A stretch of DNA of 34,853 nt from positions 1 to 34,853 of IMG/VR virus record IMGVR_UViG_3300025070_000114. One strand, given 5' to 3'. The DNA is from a virus (Duplodnaviria > Caudoviricetes). The notes below the pieces were generated by a model, which saw nothing but the letters and a program-made list of their open reading frames with translations, was not told where the DNA came from and did not search any database. Below, in pieces: positions 7,603-16,523 of this stretch. The translations under genes and the position numbers were made by a program. Position 1 is the stretch's first letter. Each line of letters starts with the position of its first letter.

Positions 7603-10548
7603 ATGCCTATTACTCAAGTAGAAACTCCAAATGGAGTAGTAGATGTTGAACATCCTGAAGGCACTCCAGACGCTCAGATCATTGAGTTTGTTGCTGCCTC
7701 TCAAGGAATACAGCCTACTACACAGACTCAAGCAGAAGCTCCTGACCCTGCTCGCAGTTTATTAGATTTACCTCTAGCATCTGAAAGAGGTATTGAAGAT
7801 TTCTCCGCGATGGAAAGGTTTGCTTATGAGTTTTCAAAATCAGGCAACCTCACCACAAATGTCTTAGCTTTAGCTGCGTCAGCAAGCCCTATTGGCATGT
7901 TTGCAGGCAGCGAGAAGTATGGATTATGGGCAAGCCCTACAGAGTTGTTTGGCGAGGGGTGGGGTAGCATGCCCGTAGATGAGCGCAGGCAAAGAATCCT
8001 AGAGTTTAAGGATGAGATGCTTCGCGAAGACTATCCCGAGCTTCACAGGCTTGCTGAAGAAGGAGGCGATACAGGTGTTTCAGGGTGGGTAGGAGCTTTC
8101 TTTAAGGGTGTTGCAGACCCATCATTAATACTCCCCGCGGGAAGAACTATAAAAAGCATATCTGCTTTAGGAGCTTTGTATGGTGGGGCGTATGAAGTTT
8201 CTCGGGGCTTATTAGAAGACGGAGAAATAGATACTGCTATGGCTGCGGCTACAGCGGCAGGAGGCGCTGTTCTTGGCGCAGGCGTATCTGTCGCCGCAAA
8301 AAAATTATTTCCTTTACACAAAAGCATTACAACAAACCGCAAAAAACCTAAAACAGAAAGTCAGGTTAAAAAAGCAAACGAGAAAGCTGAAGAACTCAAC
8401 AACCAAATGCTTGAGATTCAAGCAGAAGGAGGCTTGCAGCCAGATGCAAACATTCTTCTTGCAGCAGCAGAAAGAATTAAAATAAAACCCAAAGATTTGA
8501 AAAAGGTTATTGAGGACAAAACTGTTCCGTTTGAAGTGCAGCACCCAGAGATAGCTAAAACTCTTAAGTCTTACCAGAAGCAAACAAGGATAGGCAGGGT
8601 AATGGGGGCGGCAAGCGACATACTTGCTCCTATTGACGATAGAATTGGCTCTATTAGCAGACCTGTTCTTAAGGAAGTAAACGAGTACGACTTAAATTTA
8701 TTGCAACGTACAGCTCGCTATCAAGACTCAATAGAAGGCTTTGAAAAACTTGACGCAGCACTACCTAGCGAGGAGTTAAAGATTCAGTTTGAAGAATCTT
8801 TGCTGAACTATGAGTTTGACACAACACTTCCGCGAAGACTGTTGAAAGAAAATGGTGTTGAGTCTGTAAAATTAAACCTTACAGGAACGCAGGCAAGAAC
8901 TGTTGACGAGATATTTGACAGCGTTGATGAGACTCTCAAAGAAATTGGTTCAGAATGGAGTGAGTTGCGCGGAGAAAAGGTAACTTTGCGCGAGTTTTTC
9001 TTCCCTCGATCTGTTGCCGATATAGATGGGTTGTCAAAATACTTTGGTAAAGAAGCTCCTTCAGAGCTAGGAAAAATGTATGACATAAAAGCCAAGTCTC
9101 TTGGCTTTGCTTCTAGGTCAGAGCTGTCTCAGGATGAGATGTCTAAGGTGGCACTAGATTACTTTGAAGGAGTTCGCTACCAAGCAAAAGGCGGGAAAAA
9201 CAAAGGAAACGTACGTCAGTTTAAGAAGCGAAAAATAACTCAAGTAAACAGAGACATGATTCCGTATTACAAAAAATCTACTCAGACATTGGGGCAGTAT
9301 GTTCGCGAGATGGCTGAGAATATAGAAAACGCAAAATTATGGAGCAGGCTTGGCACAAAAGTTGTAGACCTTGATGATGTTGATCGCAACGAAAGTATTG
9401 CTCAGCTTATTTCCAAGAAAGTTGGAAGCGGAGAAATAGACACAGAAACCGCAGAAAGTCTTAGAGGCTTACTGGAAGCGAGGTTTGTTGGCGGCAAAAA
9501 AAGCATGAATGCAAATTTACAAGCCATCCGAAACAGTTCAAACATATTGTTGCTTGCTAACTTTCGTTCAGCCACCACACAGCTTGGAGATTTATTTACC
9601 AACCCATACAGATATGGAGCTAAAGCATCCCTTAAGTCTATCGCTCAAGTGGTTACTGGTCGCTCTGATATAGATGTAGATCAACTTGGGTTAGCAAAGA
9701 TTATCTCTACAGAATTTACCGGAGCAGGAAGAACTGCTGCATGGCTAGACAAGACCTTTGCTTTGTCTTTCTTTAGAGCTATAGATCGTTTTGGTAAAAA
9801 TGTTTCTTTGCAATCTGCGTACAACAAACACAAAGCTTTAGCCAAAACAGAGAAGGGAGTAAAAGAGTTACGCGAAGAGTACGGTGATTATCTTGGCGCT
9901 AGATTTGATAACTATATCCGCGACCTAAACGCAGGAGTTATTACGCCTGATGCAAAGCTTGTAAACTTTACTGAGATTGTAAAGATGCAGCCTTTAACCC
10001 CGACTCAAAAATCAAAAGTGGCACTTATGAATCCTAATTATGGGATTTTTTATATGCTAAAAACCTATGCGCTTAGGCATTTGTTTACGTTAAAAAATGA
10101 CATCGGCAAAGAAATAAATAAAGGCAACTATCTTGGCGCAGGAAGGAAACTTGCAACCTACATGGCGTTAGTAAATGGAGGCAACGCAACAATCAAAGAA
10201 GTTAAAAACTGGGAAGACGGGAAAGGCTTTGACCCTGACCGAGTGCCAGATCATTTCTATGATTCTTTGCTGAACTCTGTATTGTTATCAAGGTATGCAG
10301 TTGAAAACAGATGGCAAGAGAAAGATATTGTCGGTCTTGCTACAGATGCGGTTGCCCCTCCTCTTTCTGTGTTTAGCAATATCTCTAAAGACATCATGTC
10401 TTTTAATAAAGCATTGATTGAGGGAGAAGAGCTTCCTGTAAAATGGCTAAGAAATATCCCTGTTGCAGGACGAACAATATACAATATATTCTTTGGAGGA
10501 GCAGAGGAGTTCCTTGAAAGAGAGGCTAAACAAAAAGATAAAGACTAA
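7603..10548 (+). CDS. Large internal virion / ejection protein
   Basis: 981 aa, last gene of the structural arm, with Gly/Ala hydrophobic segments around aa 185-232. Confidence 0.6.
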   Translation: MPITQVETPNGVVDVEHPEGTPDAQIIEFVAASQGIQPTTQTQAEAPDPARSLLDLPLASERGIEDFSAMERFAYEFSKSGNLTTNVLALAASASPIGMFAGSEKYGLWASPTELFGEGWGSMPVDERRQRILEFKDEMLREDYPELHRLAEEGGDTGVSGWVGAFFKGVADPSLILPAGRTIKSISALGALYGGAYEVSRGLLEDGEIDTAMAAATAAGGAVLGAGVSVAAKKLFPLHKSITTNRKKPKTESQVKKANEKAEELNNQMLEIQAEGGLQPDANILLAAAERIKIKPKDLKKVIEDKTVPFEVQHPEIAKTLKSYQKQTRIGRVMGAASDILAPIDDRIGSISRPVLKEVNEYDLNLLQRTARYQDSIEGFEKLDAALPSEELKIQFEESLLNYEFDTTLPRRLLKENGVESVKLNLTGTQARTVDEIFDSVDETLKEIGSEWSELRGEKVTLREFFFPRSVADIDGLSKYFGKEAPSELGKMYDIKAKSLGFASRSELSQDEMSKVALDYFEGVRYQAKGGKNKGNVRQFKKRKITQVNRDMIPYYKKSTQTLGQYVREMAENIENAKLWSRLGTKVVDLDDVDRNESIAQLISKKVGSGEIDTETAESLRGLLEARFVGGKKSMNANLQAIRNSSNILLLANFRSATTQLGDLFTNPYRYGAKASLKSIAQVVTGRSDIDVDQLGLAKIISTEFTGAGRTAAWLDKTFALSFFRAIDRFGKNVSLQSAYNKHKALAKTEKGVKELREEYGDYLGARFDNYIRDLNAGVITPDAKLVNFTEIVKMQPLTPTQKSKVALMNPNYGIFYMLKTYALRHLFTLKNDIGKEINKGNYLGAGRKLATYMALVNGGNATIKEVKNWEDGKGFDPDRVPDHFYDSLLNSVLLSRYAVENRWQEKDIVGLATDAVAPPLSVFSNISKDIMSFNKALIEGEELPVKWLRNIPVAGRTIYNIFFGGAEEFLEREAKQKDKD

Positions 10549-10796
10549 CTCCTCGGCAAACGCCTCTCCTCCATAGTGGGGAGGGGCTTTCTTTTTAGCT
10601 CCTCCTCAATCAAGAACTCGCAGAACTGCTTGATCTTTCTTAAATCCTCGACTCCTCCCTTGTCCCTCCATCGAGAGATGTACTTAACAATAGCCCCCTC
10701 ACAGAACCCCAGTTGGTTAGCTAGGATATATTCCACAGGCTGTATCTTTAGTTTCTTGTAGTGGTCGCCACCTACTTGATGGTCTGTAGACTTCAT
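10545..10796 (-). CDS. DUF3310 family protein (T7 gp1.7-like nucleotide kinase domain)
   Basis: QVGGDHY..IQPVEYI...GFCEG..VKY.SRW..KGG.EDL.K signature. Confidence 0.85.
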   Translation of the reverse strand: MKSTDHQVGGDHYKKLKIQPVEYILANQLGFCEGAIVKYISRWRDKGGVEDLRKIKQFCEFLIEEELKRKPLPTMEERRLPRS

Positions 10797-11092
10797 ACGT
10801 CACTCTCTTTAATAAACACACCGTTAGGCTGCATCTTACCCTTGCGGTCTTTGATGTCGTCATAGGCTACCTGTAAACACTCCGCCAGGGTAGTCTCGTG
10901 CATCAGGGCTAAGTTATTTAAAACCACCAAGCAGTCGCCAATGTCATCCTTTACATCTCTTCCTTTCGCGATGTTGTCAGACAACTCCCCAACCTCTGAG
11001 ACTAGCTTTAATCCCTGAGCCTGTACGCTGCTGTACTTTAGTATCCCTCGCGTCTCACTCCACTCGGAGCAAAGTTTAATTAATCTGTTCAA
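10793..11092 (-). CDS. mazG: MazG-like nucleotide pyrophosphohydrolase
   Basis: KLVSEVGEL...DDIGDCLVVL (ExxE...DxxD) and AYDDIKDRKG. Confidence 0.85.
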   Translation of the reverse strand: MNRLIKLCSEWSETRGILKYSSVQAQGLKLVSEVGELSDNIAKGRDVKDDIGDCLVVLNNLALMHETTLAECLQVAYDDIKDRKGKMQPNGVFIKESDV

Positions 11093-11307
11093 TGTATTGC
11101 CTCATCTTGCAGTTCTGATAGTTCTAAGTATTCCATAAACTTTGCTTTCAGCTTGGGATGGCTATGAATAAACCCGCTGTAGTCCTCTAGCATAATCCCT
11201 ATTGAGCCTATGACGTTCTTGTCATGCCCCTCCGCTTCGTACAGCGCGTCAACCAACCAATCGCTGACCTCCTCCACGGATACAGGGTAGATTTCTATAG
11301 TCTTCAT
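11089..11307 (-). CDS. Hypothetical protein
   Basis: 72 aa, 4-nt overlaps with both neighbours. Confidence 0.7.
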   Translation of the reverse strand: MKTIEIYPVSVEEVSDWLVDALYEAEGHDKNVIGSIGIMLEDYSGFIHSHPKLKAKFMEYLELSELQDEAIH

Positions 11308-11777
11308 CTACACCTCCTTTTATAAAGGTCATTCATTGGACGTAAATGGCTCAAGTCTATATAGTGATTCGTCAAACCCCTGCCAAAATCTTTTGTTGGC
11401 GCAGCAAGAACTTCCGACCTCATAGCCCATCCAACAAAATCTATCATGCCATTTTCGTGCATTGCTGCCACATAAATGTCTGCTCGAACCTTTCCTTGCT
11501 CAACCAGAAGATTGTTTGCTCTTGATGTTTTGTCTGTAGTCTTTACATCAATGGTAAAGTTTAAAGGGATTGTAAAATCAAACCCCCCATCACCATTTAT
11601 TTTTTGCTCTAAATCAACAGAATGGCCGAGCAATAAAGCTAAGTACATTTCTCCCATCATACCCATAGGGTCTTGGTCTTTTACGAGAGCAGGTTGCTCT
11701 TCAATGGGGTTATGCAAATCCTTTCGGGCATTGCCGTGCGTCCTAGCGAAGACCTGTAGAGATTTGTAAAAATTCAT
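11304..11777 (-). CDS. Putative PD-(D/E)XK nuclease-fold protein
   Basis: E...GDGGFDF...IDVKT pattern. Confidence 0.5.
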   Translation of the reverse strand: MNFYKSLQVFARTHGNARKDLHNPIEEQPALVKDQDPMGMMGEMYLALLLGHSVDLEQKINGDGGFDFTIPLNFTIDVKTTDKTSRANNLLVEQGKVRADIYVAAMHENGMIDFVGWAMRSEVLAAPTKDFGRGLTNHYIDLSHLRPMNDLYKRRCR

Positions 11778-12238
11778 GCGACCCTCTTCTCGTGGTACTC
11801 AATTAGCTTAAGAAACTCCGCAAGGATTTCCTCGTAGTCTGCTTTGTATCTCTTGATAGGAGTAGACTTCTTGGCAATCATCTCCTCAACAAAGTCCCTG
11901 CCGTACATATCCTCCATGAACAGGGTGTACTCTTGAGCAGCAGACCCATGCTTCATGCCCCACATATTACAAGCAGGACACTGAGGGTGGACGTTTTCTA
12001 TCTCTAAAGACCAGTAAGAAGAGTTGCCTTTCGGGATGAAATGACCGCCTTGCATGTCTTTATAATGCTTAGTCACTCCGCAGGACACACAGGAGCAGTA
12101 TCCGTTATCGTCCGATGCTGCCAATCTGGCTAATTTTTGTACAGCTTTGTAGCACTCTTGTTTTAACTGAGCGGAAGTCTTGGTCTTGGGTTTAGATTTC
12201 CTTTTGACCCTGCGCTTCACGGCTCTAGTCATTTCCAA
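11774..12238 (-). CDS. ninG: NinG/Rap-like recombination endonuclease
   Basis: CVSCG...GGHFI...NVHPQCPACN zinc/HNH-like signature. Confidence 0.85.
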   Translation of the reverse strand: MEMTRAVKRRVKRKSKPKTKTSAQLKQECYKAVQKLARLAASDDNGYCSCVSCGVTKHYKDMQGGHFIPKGNSSYWSLEIENVHPQCPACNMWGMKHGSAAQEYTLFMEDMYGRDFVEEMIAKKSTPIKRYKADYEEILAEFLKLIEYHEKRVA

Positions 12239-12420
12239 TACCGCCCATCCTTGAGAGAGAGTAGGGTTTTCTCAGCCCTGATTTGAGTCTCTCTATCCAT
12301 CCGGTCATAGCGCAGCTTGATAAGAGCCTCGCTAAACTTTCTATTCGTAACAGGGTAGGTCTTCCTAGCCGCTGCTACATCCATCGGCATGTCATAATCG
12401 CCTTCGCTATTTACTGCCAT
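12229..12420 (-). CDS. Hypothetical protein
   Basis: 63 aa, overlaps both neighbours in the operon. Confidence 0.6.
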   Translation of the reverse strand: MAVNSEGDYDMPMDVAAARKTYPVTNRKFSEALIKLRYDRMDRETQIRAEKTLLSLKDGRYWK

Positions 12421-12589
12421 AAAGGCCGAGCCTCTTCGTGTAGTGTGAAGTGTACTTCCTGTGCAGCTCTATCTGTAAAGCCACTAAAGCATTGTATGTC
12501 TCCTTTACTTGTTTGTCTTCAATTTTATCCAAGCCAATTTGTAATTCATCAATGGCTTTGTGTATCACTTCCATCATGTCTGTACTCAT
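12407..12589 (-). CDS. Hypothetical protein
   Basis: 60 aa, GGGAG RBS. Confidence 0.65.
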   Translation of the reverse strand: MSTDMMEVIHKAIDELQIGLDKIEDKQVKETYNALVALQIELHRKYTSHYTKRLGLYGSK

Positions 12590-12692
12590 GGTTACTCCCG
12601 ATAAAAGATATGACGACCTATCTGCCGTCTAGTGCCAAGGCCGTCAACCCAATAAGGATTAACTTCCTCCCTGTGGTAGTAAACAGGCTATC

Positions 12693-12878
12693 TCAAGCAT
12701 CTCTCACCTCGCTCTTAAAGCCTACCTCAATGTGCTTATATCTTCGTACACCCTTACGGTACTTGGGCAAGGCGTAGAACTTGCCATGCTTCTCCCTAAC
12801 AATGTACTTGCGCTTCTCATCATTAGCGCAGAACACAGCCTCTTCGAGAGCGTCTTCCAAGTTATCGAAGGCAACCAT
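12693..12878 (-). CDS. Hypothetical protein
   Basis: 61 aa, GAGGTG RBS. Confidence 0.65.
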   Translation of the reverse strand: MVAFDNLEDALEEAVFCANDEKRKYIVREKHGKFYALPKYRKGVRRYKHIEVGFKSEVRDA

Positions 12879-12881
12879 GAT

Positions 12882-13316
12882 TCACCTCGCGGGAAACGGT
12901 ATGTAGACATTAAACTTCTCGCTCAGGTGCTTGCTTAGAACCTGATGCACCTTGTCGTAATCTTCTGTCCCCACGGTAGAGGTTGAGTCTGTGCCAGTTA
13001 CCGCTTCTTGCACAGGTTTCCATAGGTACTGTTTAACTAATTCTGTAGTCCAAGGAATCTCTGCCTCTTGCTTAAGGGTTTTCTTCATGTCATACCCTGC
13101 GTCATTCAAAGCCTCTGATAACATACGGCAGTAGACATGCAGTGCATTGTTCTGTTTGTGGGTTCTAGTCTTTCCTACCTTCCACTTCAAAGTCACATAG
13201 CCCTTCGTGTCGTACAGATGCTCTATATGCTTCTTGAACATATCCAAGCTATGCCTATTGTTGACGACCCAAAACTCTCCTTGATCTATAGGACTATCCA
13301 AGTTTTGCCACCTCAT
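12882..13316 (-). CDS. NinB-like protein (start uncertain)
   Basis: KTRTHKQNNALH...STST...PFP pattern resembles the NinB family; near ninG. Confidence 0.55.
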   Translation of the reverse strand: MRWQNLDSPIDQGEFWVVNNRHSLDMFKKHIEHLYDTKGYVTLKWKVGKTRTHKQNNALHVYCRMLSEALNDAGYDMKKTLKQEAEIPWTTELVKQYLWKPVQEAVTGTDSTSTVGTEDYDKVHQVLSKHLSEKFNVYIPFPAR

Positions 13317-13488
13317 CCATAGTCATGCCTAGCTGCTCGCAAACATTTCTAAATGTAGACACTAAAACATTCTGCCGCGAGAGTAGGTGAGAATAGTTAG
13401 CATGGCTCATACCTATAGCATCAGCCACGGTCTTACGAAGTATCCCAGTCTTCTCGTGGGCTTTCTTAATACAATTCCCCGTGTGCAT
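13294..13488 (-). CDS. Cro/XRE-type helix-turn-helix protein
   Basis: VADAIGMSHANYSHLL...VCEQLG; AGGAG RBS; no peptidase domain. Confidence 0.75.
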   Translation of the reverse strand: MHTGNCIKKAHEKTGILRKTVADAIGMSHANYSHLLSRQNVLVSTFRNVCEQLGMTMDEVAKLG

Positions 13489-13499
13489 TAACTTCTCCT

Positions 13500-13520
13500 A
13501 AAAAGGGGGCTTGCGCCCCC
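13500..13520 (-). terminator. Intrinsic terminator after the SSB-like gene
   Basis: Minus strand GGGGGC-GCAA-GCCCCC-UUUUU. Confidence 0.85.
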
Positions 13521-13526
13521 GTCAAA

Positions 13527-13754
13527 CTAAAAAGGAATATCTTCGCTTGATACTGTTTCTTGCTTCTCTTGAGGAACGAAGTCATCCACTGAGATGCTAA
13601 GGAAAGGATTGCCTGCCTTGGACATTTTAATCCAACCTGCAATCTTGAACTCAGAACCCTTGTAGTTGAAATTACCTTTGTAATCAGGCGCTTTCTCGTT
13701 AGTCTTATCAGTCTGCTTGAACAGCACACCACGGTTAGTATTGTCGTAATCCAT
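13527..13754 (-). CDS. Small ssDNA-binding protein-like (DUF736-like)
   Basis: APDYKG...IAGW...FLSISV core and acidic SSB-type tail EDIPF; follows ERF and the exonuclease. Confidence 0.7.
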   Translation of the reverse strand: MDYDNTNRGVLFKQTDKTNEKAPDYKGNFNYKGSEFKIAGWIKMSKAGNPFLSISVDDFVPQEKQETVSSEDIPF

Positions 13755-13762
13755 AAGTCCTC

Positions 13763-14362
13763 CTATTGGAAAAATTTTTCTACATTCTCTTCGATCAGTT
13801 TCACAGCTTTAGAAACACATGCTTCTAACTCTGCAATGTAATCCTCGTCTCGCTCTACACGAACGATCAGAGGTTTCATGTTGGGATGGTAGGACATAAA
13901 ATCCCACCACTCCCGTCCGGTTATCCATAGACAACCCATGACCTGCTGCTTGTACTTGGAGGGGAGTTTGTCCCCTCTTAGGTACTCAACGTGTGTGGCA
14001 GGAGCGGGGCATTTAATCTCTAATCCCCCGTCCTCGCCTATCAGTCCATCAGGACTTGCACCTGCCTCGAGGGTGTCATGTAGGCAGAACCCTACCTGCT
14101 GCACCTCAGAGCCAGTAATAAACTCATACAGCTGTCTCGCGTCAGGCTCTAACTCTGTCCCTCTAATCATGTGTTCGTTCTGGTAGAAGGGCGTAGTCTC
14201 TCCGGTAAGCTTCTCTGCCACCAGTTGATTAATATACGAGTCAGCCTGAGTAGACCACTTGCCTTGGGTCGTAATGATCTTGGCGTACATTGACGCTGAA
14301 GGAATGCCTAGCCTCGAGGCTAACCACTCGTCTGTACCCTGCTCACAGTTAATGCAGCGCAT
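13763..14362 (-). CDS. YqaJ / lambda-exonuclease family
   Basis: QGTDEWLASRLG, RGTELEP, GASPDGLI, LEIKCP, Y.QQVMG; likely start ATG 14362. Confidence 0.92.
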   Translation of the reverse strand: MRCINCEQGTDEWLASRLGIPSASMYAKIITTQGKWSTQADSYINQLVAEKLTGETTPFYQNEHMIRGTELEPDARQLYEFITGSEVQQVGFCLHDTLEAGASPDGLIGEDGGLEIKCPAPATHVEYLRGDKLPSKYKQQVMGCLWITGREWWDFMSYHPNMKPLIVRVERDEDYIAELEACVSKAVKLIEENVEKFFQ

Positions 14363-14558
14363 CTTTAGCCTCCAAGATTTCAAACTCAATCAAGGACACA
14401 ATTTTAGAAACTTTGTCCGAAATATCAGAGTTGAGGATTGCAGACACTTCACGTTTTAGCTCGCGGTTCTTTTCTAGCTCAAGCTGCTCCTCCTCATCAA
14501 GAGCCTGTTCCTGAGCGGAGAGATAGCGGTTTAGGTCTACCATTACTGGGTCGCTCAT
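14349..14558 (-). CDS. Hypothetical coiled-coil protein
   Basis: 69 aa, GGAGG RBS, overlaps neighbours. Confidence 0.7.
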   Translation of the reverse strand: MSDPVMVDLNRYLSAQEQALDEEEQLELEKNRELKREVSAILNSDISDKVSKIVSLIEFEILEAKDALH

Positions 14559-15133
14559 AAAGCCTCCGCTTTCTTATCAAGGATTTCCTTGGCCATATCA
14601 AACTTGTTCGCATCTAATTCAGATACAGACTCGCACTTAAAAGTTTTGCAGAACCTTTGTAGGTCTGACTCTGTTTTCTCAATCAGATCAGAGATAACTT
14701 TGGCCTGAGCCTTGGTGATAGTTTTAGCTTGTGCTATAGGCGCGGCCTGTGTCGCAGCGTTACCATCGTCATCCTCTGAGGGAATCCCTGCGATAGACTG
14801 TAGTGCGTAGCGTCTCGCGTAGGTGATAGCTGAACCCGCTGCCTGTGCATCCATCTTCCCCAAGGGGATGAAGTAGTCCTGCTCTAACCACTCGCCTGAC
14901 GAGTGCATGAGGCGGGTAGTAACACCGACTGAGTTTTCTCCAGTAACAGGGAATTGCACATAGCTAAGTCCATGCTTGGCAAAGGGAGGCTTGACTGCAT
15001 CGATGACATCCCCCAAGTCGGCGTATTTAGATTTGAAGAATGGGTTGGAAGCTGATTTCGTTGCCGCACCCATATCGCCCTGTGCCGCCGCCATTGCTCC
15101 GGCTAGGTTCTTAATTGATTCTGACTGCTTCAT
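14555..15133 (-). CDS. erf: ERF-family single-strand annealing protein
   Basis: NPFFKSKYADL and GSAITYARRYAL...EDDDG; likely start 15133 after AAGGGG. Confidence 0.92.
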   Translation of the reverse strand: MKQSESIKNLAGAMAAAQGDMGAATKSASNPFFKSKYADLGDVIDAVKPPFAKHGLSYVQFPVTGENSVGVTTRLMHSSGEWLEQDYFIPLGKMDAQAAGSAITYARRYALQSIAGIPSEDDDGNAATQAAPIAQAKTITKAQAKVISDLIEKTESDLQRFCKTFKCESVSELDANKFDMAKEILDKKAEAL

Positions 15134-15522
15134 ACTGTTGCCCCTTGTGTTTCCCATAGGTGAATGATCTGTGCATCTTTTGCGTAATCTTTCTCGAACT
15201 TCTTCAAAGCTGACACAGCTATCTCCACGTTCTGATCTAATACATACCGCGCATAGTCGCGCAGTGTAGTGTTAGCCTGTTCGTGAAACATAGCTATGTC
15301 GGAGATGTTGCCTGAGTGTAGCGATTTGATTAGGTCAACCGCGAATGTCTCGCAGTAGGCCTGTGTGTGTAGCGCCTCAATCAGGAAGTCGAACCCTGAC
15401 TCGCGGACTACGATTGATACGAATTCATCCACGAGGGAATCAGGCAGGTCTAGCTGACCTTCGTGAATCCAAGTGAATACATCTTCGCGGTTTAGAAATG
15501 ACTCGATGGTTTGTATTTTCAT
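15130..15522 (-). CDS. Hypothetical protein
   Basis: ORF with GAGGGG RBS before ATG 15522. Confidence 0.7.
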   Translation of the reverse strand: MKIQTIESFLNREDVFTWIHEGQLDLPDSLVDEFVSIVVRESGFDFLIEALHTQAYCETFAVDLIKSLHSGNISDIAMFHEQANTTLRDYARYVLDQNVEIAVSALKKFEKDYAKDAQIIHLWETQGATV

Positions 15523-15551
15523 AATATCCCCTCCCAAGGAATAACTGTACT

Positions 15552-16523
15552 CTAAAACATAAACTTGTCGCGGTCAACATTATCATCAAAATAAAAATGC
15601 ACCGGCCTATCTTCCTGCTCGGTTACCTGTAAGCTGTTGGAATGAAAGTAAAAATTGTATCTTCCCTCCCAACTACCATGCCTTTGTTTCGCTACCACGA
15701 TGTACTGGTCGTAACTTTTTTCTAAGTATTCCTGCTGCTTTTCGTCTAGCTCTACCAGTTTGGATAGCTCTTTCAGCTTGTGTCTTTTCTGATTGGCGGC
15801 AATCACTAGCACGTTGTCCGCGAGGTCTGAGATAGTAGACGCGCCCCGAATGTCATGCTTATCACCTATGTAATCATCCCCTGCTTGCTGAGGCTTTCGT
15901 AGGTGAGCGATGAGCATTACATGAATACCCAGAGTCTTACACGCATGCTGTAGTCGGTTGATGAAATCAGTCTCACCGTTGCGGTCGTCAAACTTAATCC
16001 CGCACTTGGTAAGGGAGTCTATGACCATAAACTTAACCCCTAACTCCTTCGCGCAGTAGTGGACTACCGCGAGGATTCTGGCGCTCTCCACTGTGTCCAG
16101 TTGGTCGTAAATTACTATGTTCTTGTCCACAAAATCCGCGAACTGGTTGATAAAATCCTCAGTAGGCTCGCCGTCCTTAGCCCCCGCAGACTGTAGGCAC
16201 ATCCGCCATAGTGTTTCGGAGGGTTTCATCTCGAGTGACGCAATGCAAACCTTGGAATGCTTCGCGAGCTTCAAGCAAAGCTGTCCAACAAGAATCGATT
16301 TCTTCGCGCCATTAGCTCCTGCCACGATGGTTAGCTCGCCCTCCCTCAAGCGAAACGTGTCGTATGTCTTAGGCCAAGGCAGCTTAGCTCCCCATATTTT
16401 CTCGCCCTTCGATCTTTCAATCACATCTTCCCGCCAGTGTCCGGCAGATTTAACTTGCTGCGCCTCCATCATCGAGGTGAGCTCGATGTATTTGTCTAGC
16501 TCCAGTCCTTCGGGTATTTTCAC
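15552..16523 (-). CDS. DnaB / T7 gp4-like SF4 replicative helicase
   Basis: Walker A-like AGANGAKKS, SLEM, MVIDSL, LIAHLRK, DIRGAS.I.DLADNV, KQRHG. Confidence 0.9.
   Translation of the reverse strand: MKIPEGLELDKYIELTSMMEAQQVKSAGHWREDVIERSKGEKIWGAKLPWPKTYDTFRLREGELTIVAGANGAKKSILVGQLCLKLAKHSKVCIASLEMKPSETLWRMCLQSAGAKDGEPTEDFINQFADFVDKNIVIYDQLDTVESARILAVVHYCAKELGVKFMVIDSLTKCGIKFDDRNGETDFINRLQHACKTLGIHVMLIAHLRKPQQAGDDYIGDKHDIRGASTISDLADNVLVIAANQKRHKLKELSKLVELDEKQQEYLEKSYDQYIVVAKQRHGSWEGRYNFYFHSNSLQVTEQEDRPVHFYFDDNVDRDKFMF

Noticed and set aside
9351-9368. Sigma54-like TGGCACAAAAGTTGT
   Set aside because: Inside a CDS, lacks the -12 GC and has no downstream gene start
12590-12692. tRNA gene or second sigma54 promoter (TTGGCAC near 12632-12638, - strand)
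   Set aside because: No cloverleaf or T-loop; GG-to-GC spacing is 9 rather than 10
12283-12777. 164 aa + strand ORF and similar antisense ORFs (16117-16596, 28006-28440)
   Set aside because: Opposite well-supported coupled genes; no RBS or motifs
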